Positions 30,991 to 46,000 of a stretch of DNA of 64,000 bases are shown here, piece after piece. The translations under genes were made by a program, and so were the position numbers. The stretch lies in NCBI RefSeq assembly GCF_009914755.1, contig NC_060937.1. One strand, 5' to 3'. This DNA is from the human T2T-CHM13v2.0 reference genome, Homo sapiens. The notes beneath the pieces are model-generated. The model worked only from the letters and a program-made list of their open reading frames with translations, was not told the DNA's origin and ran no database searches. Each line of letters starts with the position of its first letter. The stretch's first letter is position 1.

Positions 30991-31526
30991 ATATACTATA
31001 AAACAGGAGTTGCACACTCAAATACTTACAGAGGCAAAGTAGTTAACCTGAGTAAGTGAAGTAACTAGAGAGTCACAGTAGGAAATTGGATAGCATATGG
31101 CCCGTATGAAGGGGCAACCTCTGCACAGCAGGCTAAATGGTGATAAGGGCTCAGCTGGTAGCAGATTTGATTCTTTAAGAAAAGCCTGAAATCTAGATTT
31201 CTGCATGTCCCCTAAATTTCACATGTTGACTCACTTTATGGAGGCAAATTTTGCTTTCTTGTGTTGATTTACACTAATTAGGGAAAAAAAAAATCTAAGG
31301 TGGGAAAAAAATTTTTCGAAAAAAACAGTTTTACCTTAAACAAATTCAGTATTTTCACAAATATTTACCATAAATGCATAAAGGAAAGCTGTATCTTGTA
31401 ATAATTCTTTTAAAGTATCAATCTTTTTTTTCTTTTTCTTTATATATTATATAATATACTATAAAACAGGAGTTACAAACTCAAATACTTACAGAGGCAA
31501 AGTAGGTAACCTGAGTAAGTGAAGTA
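30991..31526. repeat. Dispersed 73-bp direct repeat (30991-31063 and 31454-31526)
   Basis: ATATACTATAAAACAGGAGTT...GAGTAAGTGAAGTA occurs twice with 3 mismatches. Confidence 0.92.
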
Positions 31527-32289
31527 CCTTACTTTACTACATTTCTGTTTTAAGCAGACTGAGGAAAACAAATTGCATGTATCTCTAATTATTTCCTAAA
31601 GAAATTTTAGTATAATGGAATTGAAGGGTAAAGGGCATATGCATTTTTTAAATGTGGTACTTCACCACCAAATTTTCTATTTGAAAGTCATCAACAACTT
31701 AAACTTTCAGCAGCAGTGTAAGTATGCTGCTCCTCATTCTCGCAAACTCTGTGGATAGAAAACAGTATTTCAATTCCTCGTTTCTCTTAAATTCCTTGTC
31801 TTACCAGGAACATTAAATGTTTTTGCCTATATGCATAGATCACTTGTAGATCTGGAAAAAAGTACTTTGCCCAATTTTAAATTAGTGTCCTCTTCTTGTT
31901 GATTTGAAAGAATTCTCTGTAAAATCAAGACTTTTTCATCTGATATGTATATGTGGTAAATATTTTGCACATGTTGTCTTTTATTTTGTTAACTTTTTTC
32001 TTATATAGAGGCTGTTTTAATTTTTATTTTGCCAAATCAACCTTCAGAATGCTTGAAATTTGTTAAGAGTGGGTCTTACGTATCTCACTACAGACACACA
32101 CACACACACACTATGTAACGATGTGAGGTGACGAATATGTTCGTTAGCTTGATAGTGGTAATTATTTCACAATGTATGTGTATATCAAAGCTCATTACAT
32201 ATATCCAATTGTATATGTCAGTTATAACTCTGTAAAGCTGGTGAGGGGTAATGACTTCCTTTCATTGATCTGCCACATTACCTGCTGCA

Positions 32290-32484
32290 GGTCAGAGGTT
32301 TGAAGCAGGGCAGTGCCCCACCATCTGTCCTCCAGAGCCAAAATGGAAGCAATGTTTAAACAATACATAATCGTGTTTGGGGGGTCAGAGGTGTGAAGCA
32401 GGGCAGTGCCCCACCATCTGTCCTCCAGAGCCAAAATGGAAGCAATGTTTAAACAATACATAATCGTGTTTGGGGGGTCAGAGG
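32290..32484. repeat. 93-bp tandem duplication
   Basis: GGTCAGAGG starts at 32290, 32383 and 32476. The two units differ at one position. Confidence 0.97.
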
Positions 32485-32848
32485 GGTAGCAGGTTCTCTA
32501 AGGAAAAGCCTGGCCTCTGGAACATTCTAGGAGGACAGCACACAGGATCCACATGCACATGCCTCTCCCTGGGTGATCTCATCCCCCCAATGGCATCTAG
32601 TCCATCCATATGCCAACAATGTCTAAAGCCACACCTCCAGCCCAGCCCGGACTCCTCTCCTGTGCAGCATTGGCCCACCTGAGAGCTACACTCCAAGGCA
32701 TCCCCAGTGAAGGTGTCCCGAATGCCTCCTTCTCTCACCAGCCTGTTCTCATTTATGTCTTTGTTGTCTCAGTAAATGGCACCATTACCTTTATCCAACA
32801 TTTGCTTGAGTCCATAAATGTAGGACTTATCATTTATACCTCTGTTAG

Positions 32849-33213
<365 letters not shown>

Positions 33214-33384
33214 CATTTCAGTTTCAAAATATAACTTGAATCTCTCATTTCTTCACCTTTATGGCCACTGTCTGACTCTAAGCCACAGTCACCTCTATGT
33301 GACCATAGCCAATATCAGTTACCCTGTCAGCTGCATACCCTGCCCGCATTTCCTGCTTCCCTCCAGTCCCTTCCACATGCATGG

Positions 33385-33572
33385 ACACACACACACATAT
33401 ACACACCACCACATGCATTCACTCACAAACATACCACCACACACATTCATAACACTCTCATACTTATGACCACATGCACACATGCACACACTCACACTCA
33501 CTCATACACTCACACACAACCACCACATAACTCACACATGCTTACAGACACACACACACACACACACACACA
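33385..33572. repeat. Degenerate (CA)-rich simple repeat ending in a pure (CA)n
   Basis: Direct inspection. Confidence 0.9.
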
Positions 33573-35901
33573 ATCTTTAAGAATATATGTTAGATAACAT
33601 TATTTCTGCTTACGACCCACCAGTAGCCTCCTGTGGCATTTTGTATTTAATCCAAGCTTCCTCACTTGTTCTAGAAGCCCCTGAGAGCCACAGCCCTTTC
33701 TGTCTCCCTGGGTTCTCCTCACACCACTCTCTCCATTGTCCAGTCCCTCCACAGAAACCCCTGTTTCTGTTGGTTTCTGCCCATCTGCACTTTGCTTTTC
33801 ACATATGCCTTCCCTCCTGGGATGCTCTCCATCCCTGTCCTCACCTGGCTGCCTCCTACCGTAGACCACCATCATGTTGGAAGAGAATTCCCTGCACCCA
33901 CTTACAGCATGCTGACCTCGTCTCCAGGGCAGCTCCCACAATGTAGAGTTAGGTGTCTGCTGACTCACTCACAGCGCATGCCTGCAGAGGATTCCCTTCT
34001 CCTGGGCTGCCCTTGTCCTGGATTGCAATCCTCTGAGGCCCATGATCAATACCCTTGTCTAAGGCATGCTTAGTGTGTCACCTAGAATCCTTGCAATGCA
34101 AATACATTACTTCTCACAAAATGGTCTTGTCATGACATCAAGGGAGTTTCTATTCCTGCCTATTTACTTGAAATGTTATTCCAGGAGGCTGCCACTCTGT
34201 TAAGAATAGACAGCCTCCTCCTTTATGCCCAGGTTAGCTTCATGAAGTTGATTCATGAACTGCTGTAATTCACAGAGGGTTTTTTAAATCGCTGTTTGAC
34301 TGAATTTATAAACATGTTTAATAACGCCAGGAGGTCTTCTGCAGGCCTTGGCTGCATAGTATCGCAGGCTCATTTGAGGCTGCCTCCCTTCCTGAGCCAA
34401 ACATGTGCCTGGAAAATACAGTTTATGCCAGATCTTCATCCCCCATAGTGACTCAGTTTACATTCTGAGTTCTCATCCCTGGGTGGGGGTTTTTGAGAGA
34501 TCCTGGGAAAAGTTGGCCAGGTTGAGTGATCTCAATCTTACTCAGCCCTATGTGAATTTACGCAGCTATACACTAAGCAGCTCCACAAGCAAAGGAGGAG
34601 AAGCAAAGGCCCCAAGCACGAAAGAGTGAGGGGGGATGGGAGAGAGGCTGTTTCCAGGGAGGCCCATCCCCATTCCCACTATAGTATTGTCTGTCTGCCA
34701 GTGTGCAATGAGCATATGTTGTCTGACAGACAGCAGAGCAGTTGGAGATTCTTCCTCCTACCTGGCTGTGCAGAGCTACCCTGAGACCCCTGGTGGGCAA
34801 AGAACCTAAGGTGCAGAAGATGGAAACCCGTTCTTTATACTCTCTCTTTACTTCCAACTGAGAAGGACGATCTGAATTGGGGTAACATGGCTTCAGGACT
34901 TTCTGTTCCTTCCCTTCCCTAAATTTCCATCAAAGCTAATCAAATCCCTGCAAATATCTGCTGAGAACCTGGGGCCCTTGGCAGAAGAATCCGATCTCAG
35001 CAGGTGCTGAGAGCAAGCTGATTTTGCCCCAGAGTGGGGAGGACCATTGGGCAGGGCTGTGGAAGGTGGCCGGTGGCAGTGAAGATTAAACATAGGAAGG
35101 CAGGATGTCAACTCAGAACCATGCTGGCTTTAACAAGAGCAGGTCGTCTTCCCAACAACTAAACCATTCCCAAGTATTTTGCCATGAAGCCCACTGTCCA
35201 GGTCCTCAGTCCACCACTTTGTTCCCTCCTCCTCTAGCCCATTCATCCACTTCACACTCTCCAGAAAGAGAAGGACAGGCATACATTGTCTCACAGATAG
35301 CAGAGCAGATGGCTGAATGCAGCCCTCAGCAGGTTCATGGAAGTATTTGTGCCCTGAAGTGATTTCTTAATAAGACCAGACTAACATGAGTTGCTGGACA
35401 CAACCTACCCAAAAGACCCCTGTCCTTAGGGAGCTCATGTTCGAAGCCCACAGAGGCAGCAGCTCCACCTGTCACTTAACTCCAAGCACCAGGAAACCTG
35501 CAGAGGTGAGGGATTGACCACACACCCTCGTGCCTTCCAGCCTGGCCCAGGCTGAAACATTTCACCTTCCAGAGGCATTCGGAGTCTGCTCACTCTCAGG
35601 TGAGTCACCTTCTTCCATAAATGAAACAAAGACCATCTCCATGGAGAAGCATCAGAGACTTGTGCAGTCCGGTTCTGGTGAGTGAGGTTGGGATGGGCTT
35701 GTGGGCAAAGCCGAGTCTGGCTGGGCCTGGTTGCTGAAGTGGCGCCCTCGCCTGCTTTCAACAAGTCAGATGTCTCTGTCCAGAGCTGTGGAGGCAGCGC
35801 CGTCCAGCAGTTCCCTGGGTGCACGAGCCCTGCTGGGTAGATCTCTCCTCCCTCACCTGCAGCACTGGAAAAATCAGTTGAATCCTAGCCTTTAACTTCA
35901 C

Positions 35902-35903
<2 letters not shown>

Positions 35904-35934
<31 letters not shown>

Positions 35935-35941
35935 TGTGTGT
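35904..35941. repeat. (GT)n microsatellite
   Basis: gtgtgtg... run. Confidence 0.95.
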
Positions 35942-36039
35942 CTGCACACGCGCACGCACCCATGTGCGGGCGGAGTCATCTGGCCTGTTGAAAGTAAGGC
36001 AATGGCCCCTCTTTTAAAACCAAAGAGGCAGCCGTGATG

Positions 36040-37740
36040 GTCTCTGAATTGCCTTCAAGGTAATTCTTCCCTTGTCTTGAAGAAAAGCATGTGTTTCTAG
36101 CCAAACGGCTCTGTGAGCCTGTCTTGTAAAATCCAAGTCAGTCTTTGTACATTCCTTCTCAAGTTAGATTTTAACGTATGAATTCTGGAAAGACACAGAG
36201 TAGGTCCAGAAGATGAGAGTCTGTCCCAGTGAGCCTAGATATCAGAGCATTGAACCAAATTATTATTATTCTCAACCCTTATGATCTCATGGAGTTTGCC
36301 TTGTAGTTCGAACTTGATTGAGATTCATCAAGATTCATTAACCCTTTCTTCTTTCCTATTTTTTCATGTTGGGAGAAATGTCTATCCTGTGCCTGTCTCA
36401 CCATTTTACTTTAAAAACATAATTTATTTTGTTTCACAGATTTGCAGCTGGAGAGTAATTTATCTGAAGATGAATCTTGAGTCTTACCCATATCTGATTT
36501 AGATATTTATATGAGACTTTGGATCTCAGATTTTAGAGTTGATGCTAGGAGTTGAGACTTTTGAGGCAATTGAGATGTAATCAATATACTTTGTATGTTT
36601 AGAAAGACACTGTAATCTCCCAACAGGTTCATTTTGCCTGCTGCCTGGATAGAGCCAATTTATCAAGACAGAGAAATTGCAATAGAGAAAGAGTTTAATT
36701 TTCACAGAGATGGCTGAATGGGAGACTGGAGTTTTATCATTACTCAAATCAATCCCCCTGAAATTTTGAGCACTCAGGTCTTTTAAGGATAATTTGGTAG
36801 GTAGAAGGCCCAGGAGTGGGGAGTTCTGAATGGTAGGGTTGGAGATGAAATCATGGGAGTCAAAGCTGTCCTCTTTTGCTGAGCCAGTTCCTGGGTGGGG
36901 GGCCACAAGACGAGATAAGTCAGTTTATCAATCTGGGTGGTGCCAGCTGATCCATTGAGTGCAGGGTCTGAAAAATATCTTGAGCACTAATCTTAGGTTT
37001 CAAACTAATAATGATGGTATCCCTAGGAGCAATTGGGGAGGTTTAGCATCTTGTGGCCTCTAGTTGCATGACTCCTAAACCATAATTTCTAATCTTCTGG
37101 CAAATTTGTTATCCCAACAAAGGCAGTCTGGTCTGCAGGCAAGAAGGGGGTTTCTCTCAAGGAAGAGCTGTTATTATCTTTGTTTCAAAGTTAAACTATA
37201 AACTAAGTTTCTCCCAAAGCTAGTTTGGCCTATGCCCAAGAATGAACAAGGATAGCATGGAGGTTGGAAGCAAGATGGAGTCAGGTCAAACCACTGTAAC
37301 TGTCATAATTTTCTCACTGTTATAATTTTTGCAAAAGTAGTTTCAAAGTACATCCTTGGAGGCCAGGGGCTAAATGTCAAAGACTCAATATTTGTGTCTT
37401 TCTGAAATTCATATGCTGAAATCCTCACCCCCAAGGTGATGGTATTAGGAGTTAGGCTTTTTGGAGGTGATTAGGTCGTGATGGTGTAGCCATTATACAT
37501 GGGATCAGTGTCCTTATAAAAGAGACCCCAGAAAGTTTTCTTACCCTTCTACCATGTGAAGAAACAACAAAAAGATGGCTATCTATAGGCAAGAAAGTGA
37601 GCCTTCACCAGACACTGAATCTTCCAGCACCTTGATCTCAGACTTCCCAGCCTCTAGAACTGTGAGAAATACAATTCTATTGTTTATAATCTATCCAGTC
37701 TGTGATATTCTGCTATAGCAGCCTGAATGGACTAAAACAT
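36040..37740 (+). mobile_element. MaLR (MLT1A-like) internal 3' end plus LTR (~37376-37740), interrupted by an ERV1 LTR
   Basis: Internal-type sequence (gtctatcctgtgcctgtc...ttagagttgatgct) resumes after 37345 and runs into the LTR (ttcatatgctgaaatcctcacccccaaggtgatggtattagga). Confidence 0.7.
36611..37345 (-). mobile_element. Solo LTR8-like ERV1 LTR
   Basis: tgtaatc...gagccaatttatcaagacag...gagactggagttttatcattactcaaatc...ttttgcaaa..gtttca, with TG...CA termini. Confidence 0.8.
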
Positions 37741-39529
37741 TTAATAACTCAAAGTGACATTTTAAGAACAGCAGAGTATAGAATTTGTCATCAGAAGACC
37801 CAAGCTTCTTCCCTCCTCACGTCCCTTAAACTGACACTGCCTTCCACCACATCCCTTCACCATTTCCATCACAATCAACACTACTTTCACCTTTTCGACT
37901 GCCACATCATATTGACACTACCAACTGCCTCTGACCTTCTGTTAATGCTATATTTAGAATCAACTTTTTATCTGGAAAGATTCCAACTTAGGTCATAGAT
38001 TTGGTCCTAGGTGGAGGATAAAAAGAAAAAAGATTTCTAGACCCTGATTTACATCTGTCATTAAAGCTGCTCATTTCATTTAAAAGAAACAAGTAACCTT
38101 AATGAATAGATTTAAATACTCAGACAACTAAAGTATGAGATACTTTTGCATGGTAACAATTGGTGAAAAGAGTAAGGAGAGGTATCTATTCTCCATTCCT
38201 AAATGCCTGATTTGATCACAATCTTAGGTTGAAATTACTCAATTACTATTTTCAAGGATTAAATTTCCCCCACCTCTTTATAGAAATAAAATAGACACAC
38301 ATACCCCCTGTGAAGCTGAAGGCTAGGGTTCAACTGATTTTCCAGAGCTAATCATGGAAGTGAGGTTTTTTTATGACTTGTTGATGAGAGTTGAGCAATA
38401 AGACTTTTATCACTGGGCAGTGGCCCCTTGGCAAAGATTCAAGGGCCTGTGGATAGGAAGGAACTGATGTGGTAAAAAGGAAAAGACTGAGTTCGTCATG
38501 GCAGAAATGACGCAAATAAATGAACCTGATAAAGAAGAAATGTGAATCAATATCAAACCAAGAATGGTTATTTAAGCTTTCTGCTTTCAACAGGAGTTTT
38601 TTTGTTTCATTATCACTGCATTATTTTCAACTCTGTTACCTCCAGAAAACAGAGCCATTCAGTTTTATTACTTTTTTTTTCTATTTGTTTGAAATTAATT
38701 TGTCCTACAGTCTGTAGAGATTGTATGCCCTCTTTTTTCGTGGTTTAAGGAAGTCAGGAAAAAAAAATATGTGCTCTCCTGAACACTCGTCTAAGGCAGA
38801 GAATCTCACCGAAGTAGAGAAAAGCTCGCACTCGCTGAAAAACAATGGCTCAGTGAGAGCAGCTGAAGTTGCGTCTGGTCGTTGTCTGCTGGGCTCTCTG
38901 TTAGCTGCTGACCAAATCCTGTTTTAGTGTAGAGATTGTTTTTCTAGCTAGGATCCTTTCTTAAGTGTGCTTAATCTGCTGTAAAAAGGTGTTCATCTCT
39001 GCAGTAAGTGTTACTGTAACTGTTTTTAAAAGTGCACTGCCTTTACCTTGGCAAACTTTGTGCCAATCAGTATCTATTCCAATGCCATTTCTGCACACAT
39101 ACATTAATGCTCCGACATTTAGACGGGTTGGAATTGGGAATGACTTTGTTGAAGACTTATTATTAACTATTGTATGGTACTTATATATTTTTGTATTCCA
39201 CTGTCCCCACCTCTCACCCTCCAAAAACTGATGTGATCTGTCTTACAATAACAAAAACATTTACAATAAGGCCAATACAATAAGAGATAAAATCAATACT
39301 CACAAAAAGAGGACAAAGTATTAATTACCACTACAGTTGGATTTGACATTATTTGTATGATTGAGTTTCAAATACGTCTGTAACCTGCATAAATATGAAC
39401 CAAGCTCACACAGTTTCACCCATGGTGCTGATCTGGGAGAACACATTCCTGCATGGACATCTGCTCCCTTTTCCCAACTGCCCAACCCATCAAGAAATGG
39501 CCAAAGTTTGGTTTAAGCCGATTGTAATA

Positions 39530-40095
39530 CAGTATTTACCCCTTACTTGAGATTTTACATTCTGCAACTTCAGTTACACATGGTCAATCAAGGTTCAAAA
39601 ATATGAAATGGAAAATTTTAGAAATAAATAAGGTACGTGTTTTAAATTGCATGCCTTTCTGGTATTATGATGAAATATACTGTCCTGCTCTGTCCCACCT
39701 GGGATATGAATCATTCCTTTGTTCAACATATTTATTCTGTATACTCTACCTGCCCATGAGTCACTGAGTAGCCATCTCAGCTTTCAGATCAACAGATCCC
39801 AAAAAGGAGGGTGAATAGAGTATAATGATATGTTTTGGGAGAAAGACCACATTCACATAACTTTTATTTTAGAACAGTGTTATGATTGTTCTACTTTATT
39901 CTTAGTTATTATAATTAATCTGTTAACCATAATTTTAATTTATAACAATTTACCTAATTTATAAATTAAAATTTATCATAGGTATGTATGTTTAAGAAAA
40001 AACATAGTATATATAGGATTTGGTACTAGCCACAATTTCAGGAATCCACTGCTGTCTTAGAATACATCCCTCATGGATAAATGGGAGTCATATGT
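39530..40095 (+). mobile_element. Second MER44-type Tigger element
   Basis: Clearly similar to 28255-28895 (aaatggaaaatt..agaaataaa; aaaacatagtatatatagg...catggataa). Confidence 0.8.
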
Positions 40096-40614
40096 AGCAA
40101 AATACAATCAAATAATACAAAAATGTCTAACTGCATGGCTAAAGAAAATATACACATGACATTCGAAAAGATAAAAGGATCAGTAGTCATCATAGCAGCT
40201 TCAAATTTATAATATAGGGTAAACACACAATATCCATGTAAAGTCGACATGTTACATCAGAACTTGAGTATCTGTGGCTCTCAGTAGCAAATTGTATGTT
40301 CATGCTGGAACTGCTCTATGATTCGAAGTGAAATCAATTTTTATGAATTCAGATGACACCTATAGACTTTACTGAAGGCAGCCTGATGAAAAGCAGTGGT
40401 GGAGGGCCCTAGTTGCATACTGCAGCTCCCAAACCAGACAACCACAAGATGCCCACAGCTTGTAAGAAGTACAGGAATGACCATAACCACCAAGACAGCA
40501 CCGTCGGCTGCTGGCATGAGGAGAGAGCGGCAAGGGTCAGCAACCACTTGTAACAGTTGTAACTGCTAGTCTGACTATTCCTTTGCAATGGCTTATAAAT
40601 TTTTGCATTTGTAA

Positions 40615-40870
40615 TTTATTTAATGAGTATTCTACTAGCTACTTACTATGTACAAGGTAGTATGGTAAGTAATAGGATACATTGGTGATTAAGCCAGGTA
40701 CTCACTATCCTTATGAGCTTACAGTGTGAAAGAGAAAGACTTTAAGTCAGAATTATACAAATACTTATCCTACTGTATTAAGTTACTATTATACTATGAA
40801 GGATGCCATACAGTGAATTATAATGTGATCAAACCAAGACTGGAGGGGTGGAAGAGAATCAGAAAAATGC
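40615..40870 (-). mobile_element. L2 fragment
   Basis: atttatttaatgagtattc...acttactatgtacaagg matches the L2 terminus. Confidence 0.5.
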
Positions 40871-42185
40871 ATCTTTTTCTGTCTGCCACTAGACTCACAG
40901 CTCTGCTACCTGCACCCTGGACACCTCTATCCTCCACTCCTATAGTGTATCTCTTTGAATCTGTCTTGGGGACAGAGCTAAGTGGATTCTAGAAGAACGT
41001 CTAGGACCTGTTAGGCCAACTCCAAGATACTTTGTTATACCCAGAACCAAAGAAGTAAAAACAAAGAGTCTTACAGCCAAAATCAAATCAGTCAAATTTT
41101 AGACTCTTTCTTCCCTTCTCTCAAGTAGCACTCAAGTCCCTCAGAAAAGGATAAAGGGGAAAGTGTGTGAATAACAATGATGAGTCATCTGTTCCAGCAA
41201 TGTCCAGTCCTCTGGGCCATTGGTCTAGCCACGACAGATCCTCTAGGAGTTGTGAGCATAGAAACAAGATTCAGGAGAACAAAAGAGATACAGGTGTCTG
41301 TGTGGGTCTTTCAAATGTTTTGGGGGAAAATCTGGAGGAATGAATTTTTGGCTGAAGAACAGTAAAGATTATCTTCTCCTTGCCAAAGTCTCTAATTAAT
41401 AAATTCTTTTCATAAGGCAAACAATAAAAGGTTCAGACATCCAAGAGACAGAGGGATTTTCAACAGTTTGAATTTATATCCAAAACAACATTACATACCA
41501 ATCACGTTTCTTGCAATCAATATTTTTTTCCCCAACAATCTGCTAGTGAGTTGGCTTTCTTTAATTTACAGGTCCAGCAGAATAGAGGCCACCCCACTAT
41601 CTTCTACCCTGTCCCCACAACCACATGGAGGGACAGATAAATAGATATACACACAGAGGCAGACCCTCTCAACATGACTTGTCCTCTGCTTCTCTCCCTT
41701 GGGATGCCTGCCTCCCTTTTATACCTAAGATGATTGACAGGGATATCATCCAATCAGCATTTTTCCTTTCTGATTTGGACCACTGAGGAAGATTGTTTTC
41801 TTTCTCTAATAGAGATATTACAAAGTTGCAAGCAAGCAAAATTATGTTGGCAGAGAAATTTCTATCCTGGCAGTTTTAAAAAATGATAGAAGGACTTCTG
41901 GAAATATATTATACTGGTATTCTTTTTCTTGGACTAGAGCAGCCTAAGGCTTGAGTGCCATGTCTTTCAGATAAAGATTTAGCAAGTCCACAGGTTCAGA
42001 TGGGAAGACTGAAGGAGACCCCACATTTGCAAGGGTATTGGGGTTGGTTTATGCTCTTCTGTAGCACTCGCTAATGGAGCACCTGGAGTCTTCTCTCATG
42101 TTCTCCAAGATTCCAGTCCCCCCAGCATCAGTTAGGCAGTCTTTGTTTTTTACTGAATAAACAACTATGTCTGGAGATATTTTGA

Positions 42186-42515
<330 letters not shown>

Positions 42516-43075
42516 TAAAAACTCAATGTTTAAAAAGCCACAGGGTTGGCTCAACTATTTTGTGAGTTGATTTCAGAAATATAACTTTTATTTCTTAGAT
42601 TTTGAATAGATATAGAAAAGAGGGAGTAAATGACATTATAATGGTGTTTGATCAAGGAAATATATTCCATTTTGACAGTCTTGGAGGACCTAGAGAAGAT
42701 TAAGAAATTCTGTTATACAAAAATGTAAGATATTTTAATGACTTCATAAAATCCAGAGCGATATTTTGCAACTAGCCTGTGCCCTTGATTAGACTGAATT
42801 CAAAGAAGTAAATTTTCATGAAAATTCTCCAGATGAGACACTGCATTGTCATATTAGTTGTAAATTATATATATTTTTCCTGTTACTACAACCTGTGCCT
42901 CTTATGCAAAAGAAGAAAATAAACTATGAGGTGGTCCTTCTGTTGTTTGCCTGCCTAGCACCTCATCGTCTTTCTCACATTTCAGGATGTTGAGTAGCAT
43001 CGTTGGATTCCATGTGTTGGCAACCTATCACATTGGCTCAACACTGAATTTGGAAGAACCATGTTGCCTAAACTC

Positions 43076-46000
43076 TATAATATATAGTTATATATATAGT
43101 TATATATATATAGTATATAACTATATACAATATATAGTTATATATATATAGTATATAACTATATACAATATATAGTTATATATATATAGTATATAACTAT
43201 ATACAATATATAGTTATATACTATATATGTAACTATATACAATATATAGTTATATATATAGTATATGTAACTATATACAATATATAGTTATATATATAGT
43301 ATATAACTATATACAATATATAGTTATATATATAGTATATAACTATATACAATATATAGTTATATATAGTATATAACTATATACAATATATAGTTATATA
43401 TATAGTATATAACTATATACAATATATAGTTATATATATAGTATATAACTATATATAATATATAGTTATATATAGTATATAACTATATATAATATATAGT
43501 TATATAGTATATAACTATATATAATATATAGTTATATACTATATAACTATATATTATATATAGTTATATAATATATAGTTATATAGTATATAACTATATA
43601 TAATATATAGTTATATACTATATAACTATATATAATATATAGTTATATATATTGTATATAACTATGTGTAATATATAGTTATATATATTGTATATAACTA
43701 TGTGTAATATATAGTTATATATATTGTATATAACTATGTGTAATATATAGTTATATATATTGTATATAACTATGTGTAATATACAGTTATATATATTGTA
43801 TATAACTATGTGTAATATACAGTTATATATAGTATATAACTATGTGTAATATACAGTTATATATAGTATATAACTATGTGTAATATACAGTTATATATAT
43901 TGTATATAACTATGTGTAATATACAGTTATATATATTGTATATAACTATGTGTAATATACAGTTATATATATTGTATATAACTATGTGTAATATACAGTT
44001 ATATATATTGTATATAACTATGTGTAATATACAGTTATATATGTTGTATATAACTATGTGTAATATACAGTTATATATGTTGTATATAACTATGTGTAAT
44101 ATACAGTTATATATGTTGTATATAACTATGTGTAATATACAGTTATATATGTTGTATATAACTATGTGTAATATACAGTTATATATGTTGTATATAACTA
44201 TGTGTAATATACAGTTATATATGTTGTATATAACTATGTGTAATATACAGTTATATATGTTGTATATAACTATGTGTAATATACAGTTATATATGTTGTA
44301 TATAACTATGTGTAATATACAGTTATATATGTTGTATATAACTATGTGTAATATACAGTTATATATGTTGTATATAACTATGTGTAATATACAGTTATAT
44401 ATGTTGTATATAACTATGTGTAATATACAGTTATATATATTGTATATAACTATGTGTAATATACAGTTATATATGTTGTATATAACTATGTGTAATATAC
44501 AGTTATATATGTTGTATATAACTATGTGTAATATACAGTTATATATGTTGTATATAACTATGTGTAATATACAGTTATATATATTGTATATAACTATGTG
44601 TAATATACAGTTATATATATTGTATATAACTATGTGTAATATACAGTTATATATATTGTATATAACTATGTGTAATATACAGTTATATATATTGTATATA
44701 ACTATGTGTAATATACAGTTATATATATTGTATATAACTATGTGTAATATATAGTTATATATATTGTATATAACTATGTGTAATATATAGTTATATATAT
44801 TGTATATCACTATGTGTAATATATAGTTATATGTATTGTATATAACTATGTGTAATATATAGTTATATATATAACTACATATAATATATAGTTATATATA
44901 TAACTACATATAATATGTAGTTATATATATAACTATATATAATATGTAGTTATATATATAACTATATATAATATGTAGTTATATATATAACTATATATAA
45001 TATATAGTTATATATATTATATATAACTATATATAATATATAGTTATATATATTGTATATAACTATATATAATATATAGTTATATATATTGTATATAACT
45101 ATATATAATATATAGTTATATATATTGTATATAACTATATATTAAATATAGTTATATATATTGTACATAACTATATATAATATATAGTTATATATATTGT
45201 ACATAACTATATATAATATATGGTTATATATATTGTACATAACTATATATAATATATGGTTATATATATTGTACATAACTATATATAATATATGGTTATA
45301 TATATTGTACATAACTATATATAATATATGGTTATATATAGTACATAACTATATATAATATATGGTTATATATATTGTACATAACTATATATAATATATG
45401 GTTATATATATTGTACATAACTATATATAATATATGGTTATATATAGTACATAACTATATATAATATATGGTTATATATATTGTACATAACTATATATAA
45501 TATATGGTTATATATATTGTACATAACTATATATAATATATGGTTATATATTGTACATAACTATATATAATATATGGTTATATATTGTACATAACTATAT
45601 ATAATATATGGTTATATATATTGTACATAACTATATATAATATATGGTTATATATATTGTACATAACTATATATAATATATGGTTATATATATTGTACAT
45701 AACTATATATAATATATGGTTATATATATTGTACATAACTATATATAATATATGGTTATATATATTGTACATAACTATATATAATATATGGTTATATATA
45801 TTGTATATAACTATATATAATATATGGTTATATATATTGTATATAACTATATATAATATATGGTTATATATATTGTATATAACTGTATATAATATATGGT
45901 TATATATATTGTATATAACTGTATATAATATATGGTTATATATATTGTATATAACTGTATATAATATATGGTTATATATATTGTATATAACTGTATATAA

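Noticed and set aside
32222-32461. ORF with an internal 31-aa repeat
   Set aside because: A by-product of the 93-bp tandem duplication.
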